DNA of 64,000 bases, from positions 320,001-384,000 of the forward strand of contig JAGVWE010000002.1 in the NCBI GenBank assembly GCA_018304425.1, given 5' to 3'. Made by a program: the position numbers and the translations under genes. Each line of letters opens with the position of its first letter. Positions within the stretch are counted from its first letter, which is position 1. The notes under the pieces are model-generated. The model saw only the letters and a list, made by a program, of their open reading frames with translations, was not told the origin of the DNA and searched no databases. Shown here one piece after another: positions 18,844 to 28,320 of this stretch. This DNA comes from Candidatus Iainarchaeum sp. (lineage in GTDB: Archaea; Iainarchaeota; Iainarchaeia; Iainarchaeales; UBA10219).

Positions 18844-19355
18844 TCGAACACCCTCAGCCGGACAATGACTTCCCTCCCCTGGTAGAGGGCAAGCCGGTTA
18901 ATGGAGGCCGTGGTGGAGTTGGCATCCGGACTGGTTCCGACCAGGGCCAGCGTGGAACCATTCAAGTCGTTCACGCTGAACTCGAAGTCATAGCGGGAGA
19001 GGCCTAGCAAGGCCTTCATGTCGGCGTATGCGGAAGCATTCAGGTCCATGAAGGCGAGCACCTTGGCTGGAACCAACTGGTTCCGGGAAGAAGCGAGGCC
19101 CAAACCATCCACCGTGGAAAGGTCGGGCAAGGCCTGCCAGTGGCCAGGATAACCGGGACTGGTTAAGAGGACATTCATGGCGTTCCGTGCCAGGTCCTGC
19201 TGGTGGTTGAAGGCTTCAATGGATTCCACGCGCACGGCCAGCTGGTTGGAGAAGACGATGGAAAAGGTCAAGGCAAACAGGAAAACCGAGACCGCAAACA
19301 ACAGGTCCGTGGAAAAAAGCTGGCCACGCGCGTTCATGGGGGGGAAAAAGTTCAT
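18840..19355 (-). CDS. Minor pilin-like protein
   Basis: ARG/QLFSTDLLFA signal; PGYPGHW and GLA motifs. Confidence 0.75.
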   Translation of the reverse strand: MNFFPPMNARGQLFSTDLLFAVSVFLFALTFSIVFSNQLAVRVESIEAFNHQQDLARNAMNVLLTSPGYPGHWQALPDLSTVDGLGLASSRNQLVPAKVLAFMDLNASAYADMKALLGLSRYDFEFSVNDLNGSTLALVGTSPDANSTTASINRLALYQGREVIVRLRVFD

Positions 19356-19732
19356 CCGACCACCACGTTCTCGTCCCGGTAGGCAACCGGGACAAAGCCG
19401 CCGGCAGAAAAGGAATTTATCCGAGCATGGGCGGAAACCAGGGGCGCGTCCACGAACTGGTTGTCAAAGGAGAGTTCCAGGTAACGGCCGCTGACCAAGA
19501 CGTTGAAGTCAAAGGGTTTTGGGAGGAAGATCCGCGTGGAAGCCCCTTCCCCTGCAAGGTAGACGTCGTTCATGGTGCGGGCCAGGTGCAACGCCAGTTG
19601 CTTGGCTTCCAGGAGTTTTTTGCTGGCCTCGAAGGCCTGCTGGCGCTCGCCGTAGACGAACACCGAGGCGGAGAAAATAAGGAGCACGATGAGGCTGACG
19701 ACAATGAATTCAACGGATAGCTGGCCACGCAT
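19352..19732 (-). CDS. Minor pilin (class III signal peptide)
   Basis: MRG/QLSVEFIVV; GGTGA SD. Confidence 0.8.
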   Translation of the reverse strand: MRGQLSVEFIVVSLIVLLIFSASVFVYGERQQAFEASKKLLEAKQLALHLARTMNDVYLAGEGASTRIFLPKPFDFNVLVSGRYLELSFDNQFVDAPLVSAHARINSFSAGGFVPVAYRDENVVVG

Positions 19733-19742
19733 TCATTCACCT

Positions 19743-21308
19743 TCAGGGGGGCTTGTATTTCACGCCCAAGCTAATCAGGTCGTGCCGCGAGCGCCGGCTG
19801 TTGTTGGAGGAGGCGTACAATTGGAACCGGACTTTGAAGTTGTTCACGGCGTTGGCCGAGTCAATGATTGAATTAAGGCTAAGGGTGTCCGTGACATCCG
19901 TGCTGCCTGTCGCGCTCGATAGGCTGACATTGGACCAGGCGCTGGCATCCGCGTCCCAGACTCGTAGGCGGGCTTGGACGGTCGCGGAGCCGCTGAGGGA
20001 GTACTCGTGCACCAGGTTCACATCCTGGATGGTGGAACCGCTGGGAAGGACAGGGGCAAAGGAGTATTCGATGTAGCGGGCATCGTCGAAGGTGGATGCA
20101 TTCTTGGGCCAGGTGAGGTCCGAGGAGTAGCGGCCATTGTCGCTGGAGTCAAGGTCGGAGAGGTCTCCCGCGGAAAGGGTTTCGCCTTCGTCGGTGGCAT
20201 CATAGCCCGTGGAAGGCGTGTACAGGGCATAGCTGGAGGGGATGACCACGGTAATGGTCAAGGCAATCGTGTCCTGGCTGCCATTGCCGGTGCTGGTAAG
20301 GGTGCCGGTGGCGGTTTGCTCGCTGGCGCTTCCAGGAATGGAGAGGGTGATGGACTGGTTGGTGCAGCTGTCGTCTCCCAGGGAGGAAATGCTGTTGATG
20401 TCGTAAACCCAGGCACCGGCGTCCCCCGTGGACTTGGTGAAGGAAACCGGGGCCATGGCCTGGGAAGAATTGTTGCATACCTGGAATGTGTTCGAGTCAA
20501 TGGTGCCACGGTTGATGGTGCGCTTCCAGGTGGAGGGAACGATGAGGAGGTTGGTGTCCGGAATGACGGCTGCGGGGGTTTGGGCAGGCGTAACGTCCAC
20601 GTTGACTGGCACCGTGAGGTTCTCGTCGGCCAAGGAAACGTTGAAGTCCGCGTTGACCTTCACGCTGCCGGCGTAGTTGCCGGTGGCGGTCGAATTGCTC
20701 GCAAAATTGAAGTCAATGACCTGGCTGGCACCTGGTTGAAGCGACAGGGAAGTGGAGGACAACGCGAAGCTCACGACTGAGTGGTTCCAGGTCTTAACAA
20801 GTGAAACGGTGGCGAGTTCAGAGGCGGAGTTGTTGGTGAGGGTCAGGGTCGTGGACGCATTCCCGTCCTGGGCCATGGCCAGGTAAACCGCGTTCTTGGA
20901 GACCTGCAAGGAGGTGTCGCCGATGCTTACATAGTTTTCGTGCGCGACCAGGGTCAGGTAATGGCCGCCGGGAGCCGTGGGGAGGCTGCCCACGATGTTC
21001 ACGTCTGCCGTGGAAAAGACGTCCGTTGAACCGATGCGGAGGTTGACTTCACTGCCGCTGATGAGGCTGGCCGAAGCATTGACGTCCTCGGGGATGATGA
21101 CGTACACGCGTTTCTTGGCCCCGTTGCCCTGGAAGAAGACGTCGTTGGCTGCCAAGGTGATGGAGTCCAAGGCAGTTTGGCCCGCCTGCACCCGCTGCTG
21201 CGCGCTGATCTGGAGGGTGTGCGTGGCCGTGAACGAATACAAGACCATGATGGCCACCAGCGAAACCGCCAGAATCACGATGAATTCAACCGAGGTCTGG
21301 CCCTTCAT
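19743..21308 (-). CDS. Large pilin/adhesin with Ig-like beta domains
   Basis: MKG/QTSVEFIVIL; Ser/Thr/Asn-rich beta-sandwich repeats (GNYAGSVKV, TATGTLT). Confidence 0.82.
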   Translation of the reverse strand: MKGQTSVEFIVILAVSLVAIMVLYSFTATHTLQISAQQRVQAGQTALDSITLAANDVFFQGNGAKKRVYVIIPEDVNASASLISGSEVNLRIGSTDVFSTADVNIVGSLPTAPGGHYLTLVAHENYVSIGDTSLQVSKNAVYLAMAQDGNASTTLTLTNNSASELATVSLVKTWNHSVVSFALSSTSLSLQPGASQVIDFNFASNSTATGNYAGSVKVNADFNVSLADENLTVPVNVDVTPAQTPAAVIPDTNLLIVPSTWKRTINRGTIDSNTFQVCNNSSQAMAPVSFTKSTGDAGAWVYDINSISSLGDDSCTNQSITLSIPGSASEQTATGTLTSTGNGSQDTIALTITVVIPSSYALYTPSTGYDATDEGETLSAGDLSDLDSSDNGRYSSDLTWPKNASTFDDARYIEYSFAPVLPSGSTIQDVNLVHEYSLSGSATVQARLRVWDADASAWSNVSLSSATGSTDVTDTLSLNSIIDSANAVNNFKVRFQLYASSNNSRRSRHDLISLGVKYKPP

Positions 21309-21368
21309 GGAAACCCAGGAAATAAGGGGCCAAGGGGTTAAAATAGGTTGGTGGCTGGTCGAGGGGCC

Positions 21369-21587
21369 TCAATAGCAGACCAGGATTTTCTTGCCCTTGG
21401 AGTAAACCCAGTGCGCAGTGGAAAGGGAGAGGAAGCCCACGAAATAGTTGAGGGTGGCAACGGCCAGCATTCCGTTCAGGTGGGCTGCAAGGCCGCTGAC
21501 TAGAGCGGCAATGCCCAGGGCCAGGGTCAAGCTGATGCACCCATAATAGAAGAAGGCGTTCAGAACCTGTTGCGTGACCGAGTTCAT
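21369..21587 (-). CDS. Small 2-TM membrane protein
   Basis: Two hydrophobic segments; directly follows the KaiC-like gene. Confidence 0.6.
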   Translation of the reverse strand: MNSVTQQVLNAFFYYGCISLTLALGIAALVSGLAAHLNGMLAVATLNYFVGFLSLSTAHWVYSKGKKILVCY

Positions 21588-21597
21588 GGCCTCGCCC

Positions 21598-22392
21598 CTA
21601 GAAGACCTCTACATCCGGGTAAATCACGATGCCATTGGATTCAAAGGTGAGGGCGCAGACTTTGTTGGTGTGCCGAGTGCCGCGCATTTTCAGGATTTCC
21701 ATGCTGTGCACCCGCACGTCCTTGTCCTCGCGCTTCTGGTAGTAGAGGGCGATGATCGCGTCGGTCAGGAAGCCGACGCTGCCCTCCTTTATTTCGGCTA
21801 TGTGGGGTGGCAGTTCGGAGACGATGACGGACGTGCAACCCCATTTCTTGAGGAGGTCGAAGAATTCCAGGATGGACTCGCGTTTCTGGTACTCGTCCTG
21901 GAACAACAAGGCGTACGCGGTAATCGAGTCAATTGCCAGGCGTTTGGCGTTCATGGACTTGATTGCATCCCGCATCGGCCCGCCCCCTTCCTGCATGAGC
22001 TTGTTGACTTGGTGGGGTTTGTAGGCCAGCACCGAGAAAAGCCCTTTTTCTTCCAGGGCCTTGAAGTCCCAGCCAAACCGCGCCGTGTGCCGGTACAGGG
22101 ATTCCTTGTCCTCTTCAAAGGTGATGAACAAGCCGGGTTCGTTGGCTTCCATGGCCCCATTGTAAAGGAACTGCAAGGCCAGGGTGGTCTTGCCCGTGCC
22201 CGCGCCTCCCGTGAGGAGCACGGTGGAGCCCTGCTCAAAGCCGCCTTCGATGAGCTCGTCCATGCCGGGGATTCCGGTGGGAACCCGCCCCGGAACTGAC
22301 TGGGCTTCCTTCCGCAGCTGGAAGTCCAGGGTCAAGCCGAGGGTTGCCCGCCCCGCGTTCCCCAGGAAATCGAAACCCTTGTCCGCGTCCAT
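21598..22392 (-). CDS. Single-domain KaiC-like/RAD55 ATPase
   Basis: RVPTGIPGMDELIEGG, Walker A GGAGTGKT, catalytic FEE, IDS, KMRGT. Confidence 0.92.
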   Translation of the reverse strand: MDADKGFDFLGNAGRATLGLTLDFQLRKEAQSVPGRVPTGIPGMDELIEGGFEQGSTVLLTGGAGTGKTTLALQFLYNGAMEANEPGLFITFEEDKESLYRHTARFGWDFKALEEKGLFSVLAYKPHQVNKLMQEGGGPMRDAIKSMNAKRLAIDSITAYALLFQDEYQKRESILEFFDLLKKWGCTSVIVSELPPHIAEIKEGSVGFLTDAIIALYYQKREDKDVRVHSMEILKMRGTRHTNKVCALTFESNGIVIYPDVEVF

Positions 22393-22502
22393 GGCCACAG
22401 ACTAAGGCATGTGCTGCATTTAAACGTTTTGGTTTTTGAGCAGGCAAGATTTAATAAGAGCCTTGCCCCCAAGTATGTGGGAAAAACGTGGCTGTTGCAA
22501 AC

Positions 22503-23060
22503 ATGGAATCCGAAATCCGCAAACACCTCTCGGACATGGAGGAGAGCTTCATTGGCCTGGTCATTGTTGACCCCGAAAGGTTCCACGAAGCCGGCATGGA
22601 ACTGGTGAAGCACCTGGCCAAGGAAAGGAACCTACCAGGCATCTACATTGCCGGCAACCAGGGCTATGAAAGCCTCACCCGCCACTTCGAGAAAAACAAG
22701 ATTGACACGAAGGCGCTGACCTTCATTGACTGTGTCACGGAAAAACCGGCAGAAGAGAAAGCTGACAGCCTGAACCCCGTGCTGGTCGGAAGCCCCGAAC
22801 AGCTGACCGACCTCGAAATCGCGCTGGAAAAGGCCCTGAAACGGCATGCCGACAAGAACCACTTCGTGTTGCTGGACTCGATCACGACCTTCCTGGTGTA
22901 CCACGACGAAAAAACGCTCCAGAAATTCGTGCACGGCATGAGTTCCATGATACGCGCCCACCAGAAATCGCGCGCCATCTTCATGGCCATCAACCAGGAA
23001 GAAGCCAAGAACCTCTTCAGCGCCATGGCCCAGTACTGCGACAAGACGATACGAATCTGA
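22503..23060 (+). CDS. Inactive KaiC/RecA-fold domain protein (DUF7504-like)
   Basis: FIDCVT, SPEQLTDL, LLDSITTFLVY, YCDKTI; third paralog in the window. Confidence 0.75.
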   Translation: MESEIRKHLSDMEESFIGLVIVDPERFHEAGMELVKHLAKERNLPGIYIAGNQGYESLTRHFEKNKIDTKALTFIDCVTEKPAEEKADSLNPVLVGSPEQLTDLEIALEKALKRHADKNHFVLLDSITTFLVYHDEKTLQKFVHGMSSMIRAHQKSRAIFMAINQEEAKNLFSAMAQYCDKTIRI

Positions 23061-23066
23061 CGGCCC

Positions 23067-23579
23067 TCACTGGATGGAGGTTACCAGCTTGATGGGGTTC
23101 TTCAAGCAATAAGCTCCCGGGCACCTTTCCCCAGCCAGTTTGTTGATTTCTTCCAACTGCCTCCGGGAAGCCTTGCCAGAGACTGAGAGCGTCAAGGAAA
23201 CCTGTTCGACGATGGGCTCCTGGGACAAGCCAAGGGTCTGGGAGAGGTTGACCTTGTTTTCCGTGGCAATGGACAGCTTGTCCAAGGCCAAGCCTTGCTC
23301 CGTGGCAATGGCGGCAAAAGTCGAAGCATAGCAGGCCGCCAACCCGAACAAGCAATACTGCAGGGGGTCGGGGGCCAGGCCGTGTCCGCCCAGGAAGGGC
23401 GGGCTATCCGCCGACAAAACGGTTTTACCGTTCGCGAACTCGATGGAAGCCGAAAACTGGGGCTTGCCTTCCACAAAATTCCAGTTCCCTTCCACCCGCT
23501 TTGACTTCCTTGCCTGCATGGCATCCTTTTCCACGGATTCAGCAAAGGCCTGCATGGCTTCTGCGTTCACGTTGTTCAT
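23067..23579 (-). CDS. OsmC family protein
   Basis: ADSPPFLGG, PDPLQYCLFGLAACY, resolving Cys in ERCP. Confidence 0.88.
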   Translation of the reverse strand: MNNVNAEAMQAFAESVEKDAMQARKSKRVEGNWNFVEGKPQFSASIEFANGKTVLSADSPPFLGGHGLAPDPLQYCLFGLAACYASTFAAIATEQGLALDKLSIATENKVNLSQTLGLSQEPIVEQVSLTLSVSGKASRRQLEEINKLAGERCPGAYCLKNPIKLVTSIQ

Positions 23580-23613
23580 TCAACCACCCAGGACAAGAAA
23601 AGCCAAAACAATT

Positions 23614-24237
23614 TTATTGGGTTGTGTCTTCCTTGGCTGGCGCAGCCGCCATGCCGGAATCCATCTTGTTGCCACCCGTCATGGAGTCCATGCCGGCTCC
23701 CATGCCGCCCTTTCCCATCATCGCGGCACACATGGGGCACATGCCTGAACCGGACCCCATGCCCATACCGACATAGCCGGATGTCATCAAGCCCATGCGG
23801 AGCTCCATGAGTTCATGCATGGCTTGGGGCGTGGTTTGCTCCATCTCCTCATGCATTTCCTTGCCCATCATGGCTTCCATCAGGGCCTCGCCCTTTTCCT
23901 TCAACTGGGCTTCGGTCAAGCCAGCTTTCTTGGCTTCCTCCAAGGCCGTGGAGAAATCCATTTTCTTCACGGCTTCCAAGTTCATGCCTTTCGCGCCTGA
24001 ACCCATCATGCCCTGCATCATGGAACCCATGCCCTCACCCATCCCGGAACCGGCACCCGAGCCCATCATTCCGGCCATCATCTTGGTCATTTCCGGCGTC
24101 ATTCCACGGGAATAAGGTGAAACCATTCCGGATACGACCAGGTTGTTGCCGTAAAAGTTCAATGCCACTAAGGACAACAAGGCACCCAGCACGACGCCTA
24201 AACCGGCCACCACCAGCAACTTCTTTGAATCCATCAT
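23614..24237 (-). CDS. Membrane-anchored Met/Gly-rich protein, candidate Cu(I)-binding
   Basis: N-terminal TM; MMG repeats, MHEEME, MHELME, CPMC; GGAGG SD. Confidence 0.75.
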   Translation of the reverse strand: MMDSKKLLVVAGLGVVLGALLSLVALNFYGNNLVVSGMVSPYSRGMTPEMTKMMAGMMGSGAGSGMGEGMGSMMQGMMGSGAKGMNLEAVKKMDFSTALEEAKKAGLTEAQLKEKGEALMEAMMGKEMHEEMEQTTPQAMHELMELRMGLMTSGYVGMGMGSGSGMCPMCAAMMGKGGMGAGMDSMTGGNKMDSGMAAAPAKEDTTQ

Positions 24238-24322
24238 ATGTTGAACCTCCAACAAACTTGATTGCATCTATTGGTGCAGGCAAAGTTATTGTGGCTTGCG
24301 GGTTAAACGATTTAAAATCGAT

Positions 24323-24799
24323 TCAAGCCATTTTCTCGTAGTAATCGCTCAAGTAGACCTTGTAGGTCTTGCCGGAACGCTCGCGCACGACGAGCCTTTT
24401 CCGGTCGAGGTTGGACAGCACCGTGGAGGCCTTGGCCCTGCTCCAGCCGAGCCGGAAGACCAGGGAATCCTGGGTTATAGCCTTCGCCGCCTTCACTTCG
24501 GCTAAAAGCCTTTTCTCGTCGTCGGTCAACACGCCTACAATGAATTCAAAGGCCTTGCCCGGCTTCTTCATCCGCCAGCAAAACACCGAAAAAACGAAGC
24601 CAACCCCCAGGCTGAAAAGCACGGCCAGGACATTGGCCAGGAACAGCAGGTTGTCGGAAAAATTCATCATGACCAAGGCAACGGCGCGGCCGGTCACAAA
24701 GGCAAACACGAGGCTGGCCAAAATATAGGCCGTCACCACGACGATGGCGGTTAGGTAAAACCGGCTCACGTTGTCGAGTTCTTCCAACCATTTCACCAT
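24323..24799 (-). CDS. Membrane-anchored winged-helix regulator (COG2512-like)
   Basis: 2 TM helices plus LTDDEK...ITQDSL...SRAKASTVL...GKTYKV wHTH. Confidence 0.8.
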   Translation of the reverse strand: MVKWLEELDNVSRFYLTAIVVVTAYILASLVFAFVTGRAVALVMMNFSDNLLFLANVLAVLFSLGVGFVFSVFCWRMKKPGKAFEFIVGVLTDDEKRLLAEVKAAKAITQDSLVFRLGWSRAKASTVLSNLDRKRLVVRERSGKTYKVYLSDYYEKMA

Positions 24800-24807
24800 T
24801 CAAATCA

Positions 24808-27309
24808 CTAACGGAGTTTGGGTTTATAACCCTGCATCAACAGGGAATTGGAGACCACGCTCACGCTGCTGGCCGCCATGGCAAAGGCCGCGAAGACCGG
24901 GTTGAGGAGCAGGCCCAGGACGGGATACAGGAGCCCGGCCGCCACCGGGATGAGGGCCACGTTGTAGGCAAACGCCCAGAACAGGTTTTGCTTGATTTTC
25001 TTCATGGTGTACTTGCTCAAGTCAATGGCCGTAACAACATCCCGGAGGTCGTCCTTGACCAAGACGATGTGCCCTGCTTCCATGGCGATGTCGGTTCCGG
25101 AGCCGAGCGCGATGCCGATGTCGGCCTGGGTCAGGGCCGGGGCGTCATTGATGCCGTCGCCGACCATGGCAACCAGTTTGCCTTCCGCCTGGAGCTTCTT
25201 GATTTCGGCCGCCTTTTGCTCGGGCAAGACCTCGGAAAGGACCCTGGAAATGCCGAGCTGCTTTCCAATCGCGTTGCCGGTCCGCTTGTTGTCGCCGGTA
25301 ATCATCAGGACCTCGAGGCCCATGGACTGCAGCGTGCGAACCGCGGCGGGGGAATGCTCCTTGAGGGTGTCGGCCACGGCCACCAATCCAACCAGGGTTT
25401 TGTCGACGGCAACCAGCATCACGGTCTTGCCCGCGTCCTCGAGTTTTTCAATCCACTTCTCGTAAACGGAATATGAAAGCTTGTTGTCCTCCATGAGCCT
25501 GCGGTTGCCTAAAAGGATTTCCTTGTCCTTGAATTTTGCGGTGACCCCCTTGCCGGTAACAGACTGGAAGGAATCCGGGTCAGGAACGTCCAGTTGCTGC
25601 TTTTTCGCCCCGTTGACGATGGCTTCACCCAACGGATGCTCGGAGTGCTTTTCCGCAATGGCCGCCAACCGTAGGACCTCGTTTTCGGAAAGGCGTTCCA
25701 GCGGCACCACGTCGGTCACTTCCGGCTCGCCTTTCGTCAGGGTGCCGGTCTTGTCAAACACGATGGCCGTGAGCTTGTGGGCCCTTTCAAGGGCTTCGCC
25801 GGACTTGATGAGGATGCCGTGTTCCGCGCCCTTGCCCGTGCCCACCATGATGGCGGTGGGAGTTGCGAGTCCGAGGGCACAGGGACAGGCGATGATGAGG
25901 ACCGCGATGAAGATGGTGAGCGCGAAAACAAAGGAGCTCATTCCAGGCGGAAAGGAAACCAGGGCAGGGCCCGCGAAATACCAGAACAGGGCGGCTGCCA
26001 TGGCAATGAAGAGGACTACCGGGACGAAGTAGGCCGAAACGAGGTCGGCAAGCCGCTGGATGGGCGCCTTGGAACTCTGCGCTTCTTCCACGATTTTAAT
26101 GATTTGCGCCAAGGCCGTGTCCTTGCCAACCTTGGTGGCCCTGAACTTCAACATGCCGGCCTTGTTGATAGTAGCACCGATGACCGTGTCGCCGACCTTT
26201 TTCTCGACCGGGATGCTCTCCCCCGAAATCATGGACTCGTCCACGGAGGAATGGCCTTGAATGACGACGCCGTCCACGGGAATTTTTTCGCCGGGCCGGA
26301 TGACGACGATGTCACCGACCTGGACCTGGTCAGCCGGAATCTCCATTTCCTTGCCATTGCGTTCAACCCTCGCCGTTTTTGGGGCCAAACCCATGAGCTT
26401 CTTGATGGCCTCGCTGGTCTTGCCGCGCGCAACGGCCTCCAGCAGACGCCCCAAGACAATGAGGGTTATGATGATGGCGGCGGTGTCAAAGTACATGACC
26501 GGCATGCTGTCCTTGGGCACGAACAAGGCCTGGGAGAGGATGCCCGCCACGCTGTAAAAGTAGGCGGCCGAAGTGCCAATGGCAATCAGGGTGTTCATGT
26601 CGGCTGCCTTGTTCTTGAGGGCAACCCAGAAACCACGGTAAAACTGCCAGCCCACCCAGAACTGTACGGGGGTCGCCAGCAGCCACAAAACCCAGTGGCT
26701 GGAAAGCCAGGGAGGAACCCAGGAAAACCATTCAGGGAAGCTGCCGAAAAAGACGGGAACGCTGAGCAGGGCGCCGACCAGGAGCCTCGTCTTTTGGTCG
26801 CGGATTTCCTTCTCGCGGGCCTGTTTCTCCAGGTCCACGGTTTCCCGGGCTTCCTCGAAGGCCTCGTACCCTGCTTCCTTGATGACTACGATTATTTGCG
26901 GCAGGGAGACTTTGCCGGCGTCAAAGGAAACCTCCGCACGCTCGGAGGAGAAATCGACTTTCGTTGAAAGCACGCCCGGCGTGTTGCCAAGGGCCTTGGT
27001 GACCAGGCCCGCGCAGTGCGGCGAAGCCATGCCCATGACTTTGAGGCGCGCAGAAGCCCTGCCGACATTAGGAGAAGACGCGCCCGGCCCAATCGGGGTA
27101 TACCCGAGTTCTTTTATGACGCCGACCAGCTTTTGCTCGCTGGTCTTTTCGGCGTCGAATTCGACCACGGCCTTTTCGGTGCCGAAGTTCACGTTGGCCG
27201 AGGAAACCCCGGGCTCGCGCTTGAGCGCGCCCTCTATCGTAATCGCGCAGCTCGCGCAATGCATGCCCTGGACGCCGATGACGGTTTTCTTTTTTTCGGA
27301 CACGTACAT
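24808..27309 (-). CDS. copA: Cu(I)-translocating P1B-1 ATPase
   Basis: [32 protein letters not shown] in TM7, MAASS in TM8. Confidence 0.96.
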   Translation of the reverse strand: MYVSEKKKTVIGVQGMHCASCAITIEGALKREPGVSSANVNFGTEKAVVEFDAEKTSEQKLVGVIKELGYTPIGPGASSPNVGRASARLKVMGMASPHCAGLVTKALGNTPGVLSTKVDFSSERAEVSFDAGKVSLPQIIVVIKEAGYEAFEEARETVDLEKQAREKEIRDQKTRLLVGALLSVPVFFGSFPEWFSWVPPWLSSHWVLWLLATPVQFWVGWQFYRGFWVALKNKAADMNTLIAIGTSAAYFYSVAGILSQALFVPKDSMPVMYFDTAAIIITLIVLGRLLEAVARGKTSEAIKKLMGLAPKTARVERNGKEMEIPADQVQVGDIVVIRPGEKIPVDGVVIQGHSSVDESMISGESIPVEKKVGDTVIGATINKAGMLKFRATKVGKDTALAQIIKIVEEAQSSKAPIQRLADLVSAYFVPVVLFIAMAAALFWYFAGPALVSFPPGMSSFVFALTIFIAVLIIACPCALGLATPTAIMVGTGKGAEHGILIKSGEALERAHKLTAIVFDKTGTLTKGEPEVTDVVPLERLSENEVLRLAAIAEKHSEHPLGEAIVNGAKKQQLDVPDPDSFQSVTGKGVTAKFKDKEILLGNRRLMEDNKLSYSVYEKWIEKLEDAGKTVMLVAVDKTLVGLVAVADTLKEHSPAAVRTLQSMGLEVLMITGDNKRTGNAIGKQLGISRVLSEVLPEQKAAEIKKLQAEGKLVAMVGDGINDAPALTQADIGIALGSGTDIAMEAGHIVLVKDDLRDVVTAIDLSKYTMKKIKQNLFWAFAYNVALIPVAAGLLYPVLGLLLNPVFAAFAMAASSVSVVSNSLLMQGYKPKLR

Positions 27310-27354
27310 CTCCTTTTGTGCAAAACCTTTTAGTGCAAAAGTCTCTTTAACCCG

Positions 27355-27441
27355 CTACCGGGTGTGCATCACCGCAAGCATGCTGACCGTGAACAAGACC
27401 AGCACCAGGATGGCCAAATGCCTCTTTGTTTTTGCGTTCAT
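27355..27441 (-). CDS. 28-aa single-TM peptide MNAKTKRHLAILVLVLFTVSMLAVMHTR
   Basis: ATGA overlap with the stop of the upstream gene; basic N-terminus plus one TM helix. Confidence 0.45.
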   Translation of the reverse strand: MNAKTKRHLAILVLVLFTVSMLAVMHTR

Positions 27442-27683
27442 GGAACCCCTTGGTGGCACGCCTCTTCCTTTCCTTCCGTTTCGTTTCCGCCTTGTTTGTG
27501 CATGTCTTTCATTAGGAAGAAATGCAGGAGCGGGCAGAGCAGGAGGAACCCGAAAAACAAGAGGTCGTTGTTGACCCCTAGATAAAGGGCGGCGGCCAGC
27601 AACAGCAGGGGCACCAGGCAGCACGCGAGCATCAGCAACGTGTGATCTTGCCAAACCTGGCTAAACTTTTCCTTCCAAGACAT
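27438..27683 (-). CDS. DUF2933-like small membrane protein (copper-operon associated)
   Basis: MLACCLVP and LLLCPLLHFFLM motifs; GGAGG SD. Confidence 0.75.
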   Translation of the reverse strand: MSWKEKFSQVWQDHTLLMLACCLVPLLLLAAALYLGVNNDLLFFGFLLLCPLLHFFLMKDMHKQGGNETEGKEEACHQGVP

Positions 27684-27814
27684 CTTCGCCCTCCGCTTGT
27701 TTATCCATAATTGATTGGACAGGCAAACCGCTTCCTGAACCAGACCAGGTTTTCCTTTAGGAAATGCCTGAACGTTTCCCGGTGCGTTTTGTACGCAGAC
27801 CCCATTCGAATGCA

Positions 27815-27928
27815 CTACTCGAACCGCTTCTTGCACTCGGGGCAGCAGAAGAAATGCATCCGGCCAGCGTGCCTGTGCACAAAAGCCAGCCGGTTGTCTA
27901 CTTCCATCCCGCAAATGGGGTCATGCAC
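27815..27928 (-). CDS. YHS/TRASH metal-binding domain protein (37 aa, possibly truncated)
   Basis: GTG start; HDPICGMEVD...HFFCCPECKKRFE. Confidence 0.7.
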   Translation of the reverse strand: MHDPICGMEVDNRLAFVHRHAGRMHFFCCPECKKRFE

Positions 27929-27933
27929 GCAAC

Positions 27934-28224
27934 TCAAATTTTGGTCTCCTGTGCGGTTCTGCCGAGTAACCGGTTGTAGAGCCAGGCCCCCACTGCCAAG
28001 GGCACGGCAACACACACGAAGCCCAAGACAAACCCGATTATGGCGCCGAATGCCGTGGCCCCCAGATAGGGATGAAACACCACGAGAATCCGGTAGGCTT
28101 CGGTATTGAAGCCAAAGAACTGCAGGCCCAGCATTTTGAAGAGGGAAGCCAGGAAGAGATAGACTCCGCCAAGCACGCCGCCGGCAATGCCTATGGCCTT
28201 CACGTTTATGGTTCCAGACATCAT
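27934..28224 (-). CDS. Small 2-TM membrane protein (DUF5676-like)
   Basis: Two TM helices ending AWLYNRL; GGAGG SD. Confidence 0.7.
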   Translation of the reverse strand: MMSGTINVKAIGIAGGVLGGVYLFLASLFKMLGLQFFGFNTEAYRILVVFHPYLGATAFGAIIGFVLGFVCVAVPLAVGAWLYNRLLGRTAQETKI

Positions 28225-28266
28225 TTTTCGCCTCCAACGAATGTTTATCTACTGCTTCCATTCATT

Positions 28267-28305
28267 CTATTGCGGCGGGCAACAACCCTTCTTTTTTCCG
28301 TTCAC
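28267..28305 (-). CDS. Micro-ORF MNGKKKGCCPPQ (12 aa)
   Basis: Strong SD GGAGGTGA just upstream of GTG 28305; in-frame TAG at 28267-28269. Confidence 0.4.
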   Translation of the reverse strand: MNGKKKGCCPPQ

Positions 28306-28320
28306 GCTTTCACCTCCTGC

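Noticed and set aside
11565-21308. Archaellum (motility) locus
   Set aside because: No recognisable archaellin, ArlF/G or chemotaxis genes; two TadC-like proteins and diverse pilins fit an adhesive type IV pilus
21598-22392. Circadian clock KaiC
   Set aside because: Single domain, no obvious ST phosphosite pair, no KaiA/KaiB in the window
27701-27928. Amber readthrough (pyrrolysine) extending the YHS protein through TAG 27815
   Set aside because: The downstream in-frame peptide shows no YHS-like continuation, TAG ends many genes here, and no pyl genes are seen
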